Below, piece by piece: positions 35,995-45,169 of a stretch of 45,620 nucleotides of DNA (position 1 is its first letter; the number at the start of each line of letters is the position of its first letter). The position numbers and the translations under genes were made by a program. This stretch comes from a virus. Its lineage: Duplodnaviria > Caudoviricetes. Below the pieces are notes generated by a model, which was not told where the DNA came from, did no database searches, and saw nothing but the letters and a program-made list of their open reading frames with translations. The DNA is taken from positions 1 through 45,620 of IMG/VR virus record IMGVR_UViG_3300025429_000002, one strand, 5' to 3'.

Positions 35995-36228
35995 TTAACA
36001 CCCCCATCTTTTACGAGCTGCTTTACCACGTTCACCAGTCCAACTAGAGGATCTAGCACAAAACGACTTATGTCTTGGATTAGATTTTTCTTTAGTTGGT
36101 GCCTTTAAATTACTACCTGTTTCTTTGTTGTATTTCGCCCTGCCTTTTTCTGTAAGCCCAGCACCAGCCTTTACAGATTTCTTTTCACCACGACCTACAG
36201 ATAATTTAACATTCTTTTTAGTTGCCAT
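35995..36228 (-). CDS. Basic protein with SFCAR..W.C motif
   Basis: GLTEKGRAKYN..GSNLKAP..KSFCAR..RWGC; GGAG RBS. Confidence 0.75.
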   Translation of the reverse strand: MATKKNVKLSVGRGEKKSVKAGAGLTEKGRAKYNKETGSNLKAPTKEKSNPRHKSFCARSSSWTGERGKAARKRWGC

Positions 36229-36736
36229 TGATCATCTCCATTGCTTTTGTTTTAACTTGCTCTACTCTGTTTAACCAGCCCTTACCAAATATAGGGAATG
36301 TCTTTAATTGTTTATAAAAATCTTCTTTCTCTGTCGAAAAGTTATTAACAATAGATATTGGGTTAACATCTTCAATAGCATTTAACGTATTAGGACCTAA
36401 CACACCGTCAGGAAAACAACCCAGAGCTTCTTGAAGTAACTTAACGCTTTGTCCAGGTCCCATGTTGACTGCTGCATCAAATATAATGTAGTCTACTCCT
36501 ACCGGCAACTCATCACAATAAGTTTTATCCCAGTACAATGCTTTGTAAAAAGGTGTAACGTCTTCAACGGTTAGCTTGGCCATCTCACCATCTTCGATAG
36601 GACGTTTCAGCCAACCAGCCCAAGCATTGCGAGTAACGCCCCGCATAGTTTCTCCGCCTGGATCTTTGCTATTATCAACGTATAGTCCTTCTGACTGAAG
36701 CACTAAATTTAAACATTTATTAAAATTAGTATTCAT
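36218..36736 (-). CDS. Endolysin, glycoside hydrolase family 108 with PG-binding domain
   Basis: EGLYVD..DPGGET..G, FDAAVNMG, DG.LGP.T, FGKGWLNR. Confidence 0.92.
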   Translation of the reverse strand: MNTNFNKCLNLVLQSEGLYVDNSKDPGGETMRGVTRNAWAGWLKRPIEDGEMAKLTVEDVTPFYKALYWDKTYCDELPVGVDYIIFDAAVNMGPGQSVKLLQEALGCFPDGVLGPNTLNAIEDVNPISIVNNFSTEKEDFYKQLKTFPIFGKGWLNRVEQVKTKAMEMINGN

Positions 36737-37231
36737 TTATTTAATAGGTGTAGAGTTGTGAATCATCTGATCTTTTGTCTGACTAGAAGCAGAAGAGCCG
36801 AAATAGAAAGAAATAATACCTACCCAAGCAGTCGATAACGATCCAAGCATAATCATTAATTCATCAGACTTTGTAGCATAGCCCATCATCAAAGCACCTA
36901 AGATACCAAAGAAACCTAAAGTAACTCCTGTAGCAAGCAAAGGAGGGACAATAGACTTAGTAGTAGACTGCATATCTCTAGCAGACTTACGATCATCGAC
37001 AGCAAGAGTTTCAAAGTTTAATCCAAGCTGTTGAGCTTGAGATTGTAGTTGTAACTCAGCTTGTTTAATAGCTACTAATTGATCTGAATTTAACTTACCT
37101 TGATCAATAGTAGACTGTACATCTTTTTCATCAATTCCTAATGCTTTAGAGATTGCAGTAACTGCTAATCCTGCCAAAGGCCCACCAAGTGCTGTAGCAA
37201 TACCTGGTGCTATCTGTGCTAACCATCCCAT
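36737..37231 (-). CDS. Holin-like membrane protein
   Basis: IATALGGPLAG..DRKSARDM..two TM helices..FYFGSS; AAGGA RBS supports start at 37231. Confidence 0.75.
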   Translation of the reverse strand: MGWLAQIAPGIATALGGPLAGLAVTAISKALGIDEKDVQSTIDQGKLNSDQLVAIKQAELQLQSQAQQLGLNFETLAVDDRKSARDMQSTTKSIVPPLLATGVTLGFFGILGALMMGYATKSDELMIMLGSLSTAWVGIISFYFGSSASSQTKDQMIHNSTPIK

Positions 37232-37233
37232 AT

Positions 37234-37311
37234 CTAATCCTTTAAAAGTAATATAAACATAATGCAAACTAATGCAAAAATCGTCCAATATTTAAATATT
37301 TCATCATCCAC
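37234..37311 (-). CDS. 25-aa TM peptide
   Basis: GTG start, AAGGA RBS; MDDEIFKYWTIFALVCIMFILLLKD. Confidence 0.5.
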   Translation of the reverse strand: MDDEIFKYWTIFALVCIMFILLLKD

Positions 37312-37468
37312 GAACGATATCCTTTTTTGTTGTTGGTTTAACTATTATTCTTATACTTCTTTTATTTTTATGTTGTAATTGTTTAATGTCGTGGTTTAGT
37401 ATTAAAACGTAACTCCAAATACCAAGCTCAATTAAAAAGACAATAAACCAATAAGTATTCCATGTCAT
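37304..37468 (-). CDS. 54-aa protein with N-terminal TM helix
   Basis: MTWNTYWFIVFLIELGIWSYVLILNHDIKQLQ...; ATGA overlap. Confidence 0.55.
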   Translation of the reverse strand: MTWNTYWFIVFLIELGIWSYVLILNHDIKQLQHKNKRSIRIIVKPTTKKDIVRG

Positions 37469-37917
37469 ACAAGTCTAAAATAGAATAACAAACTTGTAAT
37501 AACGAATGCAGCAAAGAAACAATAAAACTGTACTCTCTTTACATCATCTAATTTATGTCCGTAATACAGTCTATTTTCATAATGTTCTTTTTCAACAACA
37601 GTTTTTAATTCTAAAACTTTATTCCATTCTGTAACGCCATATTTTTCTTTGAATTCTTTTTCAGCTTTGTTTTCTGCTTCAATAATTGCACTTTGGTTTT
37701 TATATTCTCTGATAGCTCGATAGATCATTGAGTTATCTAAAGCCTCTTCATAAGCCTTATGGCGTTGCTGTGCTTCGAGTTCCTGTTGTGCTACATCTAA
37801 ACCATCATGTTGAATATTTTCAATACTTTTGGTAAGACTCTTCCCTGCTTCACGAGCTTGATTAAGACCGTCACTTAACGATTTTGCTCCTTCGGCAATT
37901 GGATTAACACTAGGCAT
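37465..37917 (-). CDS. Coiled-coil protein with C-terminal TM helix
   Basis: 150 aa in the lysis region. Confidence 0.7.
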   Translation of the reverse strand: MPSVNPIAEGAKSLSDGLNQAREAGKSLTKSIENIQHDGLDVAQQELEAQQRHKAYEEALDNSMIYRAIREYKNQSAIIEAENKAEKEFKEKYGVTEWNKVLELKTVVEKEHYENRLYYGHKLDDVKRVQFYCFFAAFVITSLLFYFRLV

Positions 37918-38074
37918 TGTTTTCTTTTAATTGTTGTTTAGCAAACTCTAATAAGATGTTAAAGTCTGCCTTTAATCTATAACCTTCACATACTCTATTC
38001 TGAATTTGTTCTAACAGCTTTAATGTGACTTTTTGTTCTGTGTCAACTACAGGTAAGTGATTTGTAAATGTCAT
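37910..38074 (-). CDS. 54-aa hypothetical protein
   Basis: MTFTNHLPVVDTEQKVTLKLLEQIQNRVCEG...; ATGA overlap. Confidence 0.55.
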   Translation of the reverse strand: MTFTNHLPVVDTEQKVTLKLLEQIQNRVCEGYRLKADFNILLEFAKQQLKENNA

Positions 38075-38472
38075 ACAATAGAAGTTATAATCCCGTTAAC
38101 TACAGTAATTGTTTTTGGTGTTGTATCACCAGATAAAAATGAACCAGTAGTACCTTTGTTTTGTGTAACAATAGTACCTAATCCAGTTACATTGGTATAT
38201 GGAATAGAACTACCTGTTAAATTAACTCCAGATATGGTTCCACCAGTGATAGAAACAGTACTAGAATTTTCTACAGCCATTGTACCAAGCCCTAAGTTCT
38301 GCCTAGCCCCTTGTGCATTATTAGCACCAGTACCACCTTGTAAGATAGTCCACACAGTGTTACCTACTTGTGCAGCTTGGATGTAACTACCTAAGTTACG
38401 AAACCATTCTCTCCACCGAGGATTCTCTTTAATCTCATCTTGAGGTATTGGAGGTAAGTTATTAACAGCCAA
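38071..38472 (-). CDS. Tail needle/plug-like protein (P22 gp26 role)
   Basis: LPP.P..PRWREWF start, GGTGA..AR.NLGLGTMA repeat, ITVVNGIITSI tip; TTG at 38472 has a GGAG RBS. Confidence 0.55.
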   Translation of the reverse strand: MAVNNLPPIPQDEIKENPRWREWFRNLGSYIQAAQVGNTVWTILQGGTGANNAQGARQNLGLGTMAVENSSTVSITGGTISGVNLTGSSIPYTNVTGLGTIVTQNKGTTGSFLSGDTTPKTITVVNGIITSIV

Positions 38473-39802
38473 TCTCAACTCCTAATCCGTAACCATAGCT
38501 TTGTAGTTCATCAAGTTTCTTTTGTACCTTCTCACCAATGTCAGTACGATAAGCAATGCTATTAGGAATACAAATCTTTTTCTTAATCTTACCGTAAACA
38601 GACTCACGAGCAAGTTCAATATCATCCCCAAGCCCTACAACGGTACATACATAATCACCGGCAGTAACAAACATGGGTACATTCTCTTTGATCTCACCGT
38701 CTTCCATTGCAGGGCCTTTGCCCCACTGTACTTCACAAAGGTGTACATCTTTAACAGCATCTTCTAATGTTAGACCCCACATAGGATAGCCAGAACATTC
38801 TTTCTTAGGTTTAGTACAGTAAGGGTAATCAGGTAAACTAATTACAACACCACATGCTACTTTGTCTGATACTTTAAGTGTATCTTTACCATCTAATAAG
38901 TCAAGCATCCACTGTGCAGGATCACCTTTGTGTAAAGACAATTGAATGTTAAATAAAGGCCATCCTGGACGCATAGTAAACTCTAACGGCCATGCTTGAC
39001 CCTTCTTATCCACGATACAGTTTACATCGATGTAGCCTGTATAGCCTAAACCGTGAAGCATATCTTCTAACGGTCTTAACATCTCATCAGCAAGCTTAGA
39101 GTTATCTGTGTAGCGGACAATAGTGCCTTGCTCACCGGTAGTGACACCTAACTCACCGTCCATGAGCTTCTTGTGTTCCCAAGACTCTGAGAAGTATCTA
39201 TTAAACCCACCAGGACCAAACCAACCACCAACACCGAACTCAATACCAGGTCTAAACTCTTGCAGAATAAACTCTTCGCCCTTATGAGCATTTGTTTTCT
39301 TCCACTTGTTTAACATATAGACTAGATCAGCAGGTGAGCTTGGTACATAGGATAATGTCTTGTCACCGTCACCAATAGGCTTACTAACATACATACGGCC
39401 AGTATCTTTAACGTACTTAATAGCTTCATCATAGTTATTAAAGGTCTGGCTTGGAATAGTCTCAATGCCAGCTTTCTTCATAATCATCTCACCATGATCA
39501 CGTTGCTGTTCCCACCGATTAGTATCGATAGAAGGGCCTAAGATAGGATAGCCCTTATCTCTGTACCGTTCTAAGCCGTGAATGTAATAGATGTTATCTG
39601 TACAGAATATAAGGTCAGCCCAATCCATATGGTCTTCCCAGTTACTAACACGCTTTACTAAGCCACCATCACCAACTTCACTTCTTGAACCGTCTTTATT
39701 GTGACGAATAAACATCTTAACTTCATGGTCATAGTGTTGACTACGGAGTGCAAAAGACAAACCACAACCACATCCTGATGGATCTATAATTAATATTTTC
39801 AT
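38462..39802 (-). CDS. PurD/GARS-like ATP-grasp ligase
   Basis: ILGPS..E..R, YVSKP, ILQEF..G.E, EHKKL..G..TGEQG, PLEFTMRPGWP, YRTDIG. Confidence 0.85.
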   Translation of the reverse strand: MKILIIDPSGCGCGLSFALRSQHYDHEVKMFIRHNKDGSRSEVGDGGLVKRVSNWEDHMDWADLIFCTDNIYYIHGLERYRDKGYPILGPSIDTNRWEQQRDHGEMIMKKAGIETIPSQTFNNYDEAIKYVKDTGRMYVSKPIGDGDKTLSYVPSSPADLVYMLNKWKKTNAHKGEEFILQEFRPGIEFGVGGWFGPGGFNRYFSESWEHKKLMDGELGVTTGEQGTIVRYTDNSKLADEMLRPLEDMLHGLGYTGYIDVNCIVDKKGQAWPLEFTMRPGWPLFNIQLSLHKGDPAQWMLDLLDGKDTLKVSDKVACGVVISLPDYPYCTKPKKECSGYPMWGLTLEDAVKDVHLCEVQWGKGPAMEDGEIKENVPMFVTAGDYVCTVVGLGDDIELARESVYGKIKKKICIPNSIAYRTDIGEKVQKKLDELQSYGYGLGVEIGC

Positions 39803-41925
39803 TCTTTTCCGCCAATGTCAATTTGACCCGATACAGCAGTACGTGCTGTGCTTTTACCAAAACTTTCAAATATTAACTTTTGAATATTTAATTTAGCAGG
39901 TTCTGTAAGAACTTTACGATTAGCGTCAACAACTTCTTGGACACCTTTTCTTAACTGAGTAAGTTGAGAATCTGTTACTAACCCAGATCCTTTTAACGCC
40001 GGTAGTATTCTATCAAATTCATTCATAATGTTACTTGGGCTTTTTCCACTTAACCAAGTAGAAACAGCTTGAGGAAACTTTTCACGAATAACAGGAGCAT
40101 CGTTAGCATACTTAGAAATAGCTTCTAATTGTTTTTGGGTATGTTTACCGTTTAAAATATCTATTACAATGGCATTTGGATCTTTTGTAAGACCGCCTTT
40201 AGTTGTTAATCCTAATTGATCTAAAATATTTTTAGCATAAGAATCAACTTGAGAAGACCAGTTTTTTTCTCCTGCTTGACCAACACGTTCTTTTAATGTT
40301 AATGCTTTATTTTCTAAGCTAGAAAGTTTATTAAGATGTTCTTCAACAACATTTTTAACTTCGGGAAATTCACGTGTTAAAAACTCATGCTGATCTGCCC
40401 ACTTACGAGTAGCTTTTAAATCTTTACCGGCCAATTCATTATGAACATATTGCTGTGCGTATTGTGTTTGTTTAGCAGGATCAGGCAACATTGCTTTAAA
40501 TTCATTTAATCCTGATTCACTACCTAATAATTGCTTAGGAAGTTTTTCTGCATCCACAGAATATAATCCCATGTCTTGTTTTCCTAAAACACTTTCACCA
40601 CGCTTAGATTCAAAATCGGATAAATTTTCTAATGCTGTAGCATATTTTGATTTAGCGGGTCCTAATCCTGACCAGTTGTAAAAACCACCTTGTCGCACTC
40701 CGTCTTTTTCAATTCCTTTTACAATATCTGCACGAAGTTCTTTTGCTACATTTGTACTAATTCCTTTATATCCTTCAACTTCTTTACCTGATGCAACTTC
40801 ACCAAGTTGTCTAACAATTTGATCAATCCCTTTTGCGGATAAATTACTTGCAGGAATTTGAGAACCATCCGGAAGAGTTTGAGCAGGTCTCCATATATCA
40901 TTAATAATGTTTTTAATGGTTGTGCCAATAGGACCACTAGAATCTTTTGCTTCTTTCTTCCATTTTCTTTTAATATCTAAAGCTTCTGATTGTTGTCCCC
41001 AATAAGAACCCTGTGTTTGGGATTGCTCTGCATTAAGCATTGCTGCTTTATAAGAGTCATCATATTCTTTTTTCATTGTGGCAATTTGCGGATTTCTAAT
41101 TCCTTCTATATCAGAACGTATATTAGTTCCAAAGTTATAAGAAGATTCTGTTTTACCTGAACCTTTTTCAATAGTAGAAGTTAATTCTTGTTCTGCTTTT
41201 TCTTGTTGTTGACGCAATGCAGTTGTCTCTGCTGTTTGTGCCTTTTCTTTACGAGCAGCTAAATCTTGTGCTCTTTGCACCCTAGCATCTACTTGAGACT
41301 GTATGGCTTGTCCCACATCTTCCACTGAGCCATAACCATATTTAGCTAATTTTTGTTTAGCAAGCTCTGTAAGTTCTTGACGTTTAAGAGTAACAGCTTC
41401 AGGTTCTGCAGATTTAAGTAAGTTTTCAAATTGTTTTGCATAAGGAATAACACTTCTAGCAATTTGTTTTCCAATGCTTGGAACAGCTTCGGCTAAACCG
41501 CCAGTCATTAAACCACCTAAAATTTGTTGGCCTCGACTACCACCAGTGGCACTAATTAATTGTTCTCCTATTTCTCCAAGAACACCTGCAATACCTCCTG
41601 TAATAGCACCCGCAGCCATTGTAGCGGGACCGCCTATAGCACCAACTCCACCACCTACAGCCATGCTTGTTAAACCCGCAGTACCTATACGTTCAATGCG
41701 TTGTAAGGGTGTGGTTTCTTTTGTAGTGCCTTTACCAAACAGCTGTTCTACAGGACCCATAGTTACAGTCCCTTTAATTTCTTTTTTTTCAGGTGTTGTT
41801 CCTACAGAAGTTGTATTTGTTTGTTTAGCTTCTTGATAAGCTTTAGAAACCGTTTCAAATTCAGGAGTACCTTTTTTATCTTGATTAGAAACAATCCATT
41901 GTGCATATTGTTCAGCAGTAGCCAT
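39799..41925 (-). CDS. Large DNA ejection/internal virion protein
   Basis: 708 aa, helical A/Q/K-rich with a Gly-rich hydrophobic segment; P22 gp16-like position. Confidence 0.7.
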   Translation of the reverse strand: MATAEQYAQWIVSNQDKKGTPEFETVSKAYQEAKQTNTTSVGTTPEKKEIKGTVTMGPVEQLFGKGTTKETTPLQRIERIGTAGLTSMAVGGGVGAIGGPATMAAGAITGGIAGVLGEIGEQLISATGGSRGQQILGGLMTGGLAEAVPSIGKQIARSVIPYAKQFENLLKSAEPEAVTLKRQELTELAKQKLAKYGYGSVEDVGQAIQSQVDARVQRAQDLAARKEKAQTAETTALRQQQEKAEQELTSTIEKGSGKTESSYNFGTNIRSDIEGIRNPQIATMKKEYDDSYKAAMLNAEQSQTQGSYWGQQSEALDIKRKWKKEAKDSSGPIGTTIKNIINDIWRPAQTLPDGSQIPASNLSAKGIDQIVRQLGEVASGKEVEGYKGISTNVAKELRADIVKGIEKDGVRQGGFYNWSGLGPAKSKYATALENLSDFESKRGESVLGKQDMGLYSVDAEKLPKQLLGSESGLNEFKAMLPDPAKQTQYAQQYVHNELAGKDLKATRKWADQHEFLTREFPEVKNVVEEHLNKLSSLENKALTLKERVGQAGEKNWSSQVDSYAKNILDQLGLTTKGGLTKDPNAIVIDILNGKHTQKQLEAISKYANDAPVIREKFPQAVSTWLSGKSPSNIMNEFDRILPALKGSGLVTDSQLTQLRKGVQEVVDANRKVLTEPAKLNIQKLIFESFGKSTARTAVSGQIDIGGKE

Positions 41926-41927
41926 TA

Positions 41928-43652
41928 TTATTTAATCCCTAAAATTGCATCAGCATCTTGCATTATTTTACTAGGTTGTCCTTTAACTGTTGCTTCACCA
42001 AAAGACTTACCACTTGATTTAGCTTTTCTTACTGCATTAATTTGATCCATATTAAATGGAATTGCTTTATTAAGTTTTTCAAGTTCTTTCTTCATTCCTT
42101 CTTTTTGTTCTTTACTAGCAAATGGATTTTTATCGTAATTGTTAATTACAGTTTCAAGCTCTTGTTTAATTAAAGCTAAAGATTCAATACTTTGTTCAGA
42201 AGTTTCACCAATTCTAGAAAGTTGTTTACCGTATGCTGCAATTTTACTAGCAGAGGTAGCACTTGCAAAACCACCGCCGACAGCTGAAGCCATTGCAATA
42301 TCTAAACCAGCAGTAATCTTTTCAAAACTACGTTGGTCCTCCGTTGTCCAATTTCTACCAATAATTCCTTTCAAACCTTCTGTAAAACCTTTAGAATCTT
42401 TACCTGTTAATCCGCTAAAAGCACCTAAAGTTGTATTAGAAGGTAAAGAAGAAATAGTTTGAAATCTGTTAACAGCTTCTCCTACACTAACTAATACGTT
42501 TTGAGCACGTTCTTTAGGAGCTGCTGCATTGCTTTGTTTTGGGGGTAATGTTATGCTTCCTGATGTACTTGAAGGTGAAACAACACCTTCTTGTTTAATA
42601 ATTGCATCTTTAAGTAATTGACGATTTTGTGGAGTATCCTCAATTTTATCTGTAGGGTTAATCCCAAGAGCTTTAGCAACATTGTTAATATAAGAATTAG
42701 TTGTAGCATCTGGATTGTCACCACCTTTACTTTTAGGAGGGGCATACTTTTCAATAAATTTTTGAGGTGTGTCAAAACCTTTTGTTAATTTAACAGAAAT
42801 GTCTTGCTCAAGTGCTTTTATACCTGCTTCTGGTGTGGCAAAGGTAGCAAATCCGTTTTTATCTACTCCAGACATATTTTCATATTTTATAGAACCTGGA
42901 CGTAAGTTTCCTACGTTAAATTTACGACCAGGTTCTGCTGTATCTGTTTTATTAGAAACATCGCCACCGCCTAATAATTTAATTTGTTCTGGAGAAAAAC
43001 CAGCAGCAGAAAATAATTCAGAAGTTATAGGAACTTGTTTATCTTGTAGTACTTTAATTTGTGCTAAAGCATTAGCTTTTGTTGCATTACCTGTTAATCT
43101 TTCTTGATTAATATCAAATTTGTTTATACTGTCTATTTGTTTAAGAATTAACAAATCATCTCTTTGCTTTTGTAATTTTTCTTTAGCAGTCATTGTCATG
43201 TCTGATAAAGATTTTTTCTTAGCTTCAAAATCTAAATTAGGATTACGCATAACACTTTCAACAACCATTCTAGCCGCAGGGTCCTTTACTGTTTGTCCAA
43301 TAACAGATTTTAAATCCTCTTCAGTAGTTGCACCAGATAATAATTGTCCAGCATATGATATTTCATCTTCTTTAATTTTTAAATCATTTAATTGTTTTGT
43401 TTGAGCAGCACCCTCTAATTCTTTAGCTTGCTTTTGAAATGAATATGCTAACGATGCTTGACCACGTTGGCCAGCCATTATTGCAGCTTGGTTATAAATG
43501 TTTTGTTGTGCTTGTGGGTCTTTGGCTTGGTCAGGAGTTGCTGAAGCATAGGCTTGTTTAAGAATGTCTTTAGAAGCCATATCTTCTTGCACGGCTCCTA
43601 TTGCTGCATAACCTTTTGCAAAGGATTCTAGTGGATTTGTGTATTCAGCCAT
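41928..43652 (-). CDS. Ejection protein with an internal lysozyme-like domain
   Basis: NVGNLR..GFATFATPEAGIKA..KYAPP..N..T.SYI..VA motif inside a helical protein. Confidence 0.72.
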   Translation of the reverse strand: MAEYTNPLESFAKGYAAIGAVQEDMASKDILKQAYASATPDQAKDPQAQQNIYNQAAIMAGQRGQASLAYSFQKQAKELEGAAQTKQLNDLKIKEDEISYAGQLLSGATTEEDLKSVIGQTVKDPAARMVVESVMRNPNLDFEAKKKSLSDMTMTAKEKLQKQRDDLLILKQIDSINKFDINQERLTGNATKANALAQIKVLQDKQVPITSELFSAAGFSPEQIKLLGGGDVSNKTDTAEPGRKFNVGNLRPGSIKYENMSGVDKNGFATFATPEAGIKALEQDISVKLTKGFDTPQKFIEKYAPPKSKGGDNPDATTNSYINNVAKALGINPTDKIEDTPQNRQLLKDAIIKQEGVVSPSSTSGSITLPPKQSNAAAPKERAQNVLVSVGEAVNRFQTISSLPSNTTLGAFSGLTGKDSKGFTEGLKGIIGRNWTTEDQRSFEKITAGLDIAMASAVGGGFASATSASKIAAYGKQLSRIGETSEQSIESLALIKQELETVINNYDKNPFASKEQKEGMKKELEKLNKAIPFNMDQINAVRKAKSSGKSFGEATVKGQPSKIMQDADAILGIK

Positions 43653-43665
43653 ATTTTATCCTTAA

Positions 43666-44304
43666 TTATTCTATAAATGGACCAGTAATACCTGGATTAG
43701 CTGGACCAACCGAAGAAGGATCCGTGTAAGTATATCCTGCACTATTACTTCCACTAAGACCCATATTAGAATAAGGATTTGAACTATTATAAATACTAGC
43801 TAAACCACCTAATCCGGAAGTCACTTGCCCTAAAGCCCCAGACTGTAATCCAAACTGTGAAGATGCACCTTGTTGTGCAGCTAAGTTAGCCTGTGCAGGT
43901 GCCTGAGTAGCACCAGACAATTGTTCTAGCTGTGAAGTTAAACTATTGTAAAAAGAACCAAAGGTATTTTGACCTAACGTCTGCAAAGCAGCTTGTTCTT
44001 GACCAGACTGTATTCCACCACGTGCGGCTAACCCTCGTTCAGTTGCCTGCGTACCTTGTTGAAGCTGTTGTTGGTACCCAGGCTGTGCCATTGCTAAAGC
44101 AGGGTTCTGCATTACATTTTGTAACTGTGAAGCAGCCTGTGCTCTATAAGGGCCGTATGGATCGTATTGTTGTTGAGCACCTGTGGCACCACCTCCGCCA
44201 CCGCCTCCGCTAGTTAAACTTTTTAATCCAGAAGCTAAGCCTACACCTGCTGCCGCTGTTGTTAAAGCTGTACCAGCACTTACTCCGAATATTACTGCAG
44301 ACAT
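43666..44304 (-). CDS. DNA pilot protein (P22 gp7-like)
   Basis: G/A/Q-rich; PY..A, PGYQ..L.QG..AARG..SG motif. Confidence 0.75.
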   Translation of the reverse strand: MSAVIFGVSAGTALTTAAAGVGLASGLKSLTSGGGGGGGATGAQQQYDPYGPYRAQAASQLQNVMQNPALAMAQPGYQQQLQQGTQATERGLAARGGIQSGQEQAALQTLGQNTFGSFYNSLTSQLEQLSGATQAPAQANLAAQQGASSQFGLQSGALGQVTSGLGGLASIYNSSNPYSNMGLSGSNSAGYTYTDPSSVGPANPGITGPFIE

Positions 44305-45167
44305 TTATTTTCTCCATTCCATAAATTATTAAGTTGCATGACTTGTCTGTAATCTACAGTAATTTCTTCACCTAGACTAGCACCCGACATGCCTCCAATG
44401 TTCTTGATTGCTACTAAATACATATCTCCATTATCCATCTTAACTGCCATAGCATTTGGTTCTTTTGCATGATTTACTAAGTAGCCTGCTGGGGTTCTTA
44501 AACCATTTAGCCTCATTGGTGCTATAAATTCATTTACATTTATTTGAGATGTACAAAATAAACCTTTACCTTGTATTGGGGAATCTCCAGGAGCAACAGA
44601 ATAACTACCATGAGGAAAAGGAATACAGTCTTCTCGATAATGAGATAATCTTAATACGTCTTTTTCTTTCCAGCCTGTTTCTTTAAGCATACTTTGAAAG
44701 TCTTGCCTATCTTCTTCATGCTTTATAATTTGTTCTTGTAATTGGCTTGCTAAATGTTTTTTAAACATATCAGGAACCCTAAACAAAGTCTTTTCAAGAA
44801 CTTCAACATCTGTTTCAGTAGTGGCATAAATGTTTTGCCAAGTAACTTCTTCTAATGTATATCCTATTTTACTTCCTGGAGGAGCTACAAACATGTAAGG
44901 AGCCTTTAAAGTAACAACTTTACCTGTTGAATCAATTACATTAATACTACCTTTTAAAAGCATGTTAATGTGTTCCGAGACATGTTCTTGACCCACAATA
45001 AGAGTATTAGCAGGGTATGTACCTTCTCTGATGTAAACACCAGGACCAAATCGATGGACAATAGGGCAATTAACTTGTTCTTCTTTTAGCATGACTTCTG
45101 CTAATGCCATCTTACCTTCTGTCGTAGTTAAGTCTAAACTTTTTTGTACATCAACTATTGAATCCAT
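44292..45167 (-). CDS. Cupin-like plus SET-domain fusion protein
   Basis: HRFGPGVYIRE..G..H...H N-terminal domain; SPIQGKGLF..VNHAKEPN..GEEITVDY SET motifs. Confidence 0.82.
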   Translation of the reverse strand: MDSIVDVQKSLDLTTTEGKMALAEVMLKEEQVNCPIVHRFGPGVYIREGTYPANTLIVGQEHVSEHINMLLKGSINVIDSTGKVVTLKAPYMFVAPPGSKIGYTLEEVTWQNIYATTETDVEVLEKTLFRVPDMFKKHLASQLQEQIIKHEEDRQDFQSMLKETGWKEKDVLRLSHYREDCIPFPHGSYSVAPGDSPIQGKGLFCTSQINVNEFIAPMRLNGLRTPAGYLVNHAKEPNAMAVKMDNGDMYLVAIKNIGGMSGASLGEEITVDYRQVMQLNNLWNGENKCLQ

Positions 45168-45169
45168 TA

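Noticed and set aside
2130-44213. Numerous antisense or out-of-frame ORFs in the track (e.g. 14215+, 19371-, 28525+, 33824+, 41474+)
   Set aside because: Shadows of longer, well-supported genes, with no RBS or recognisable motifs
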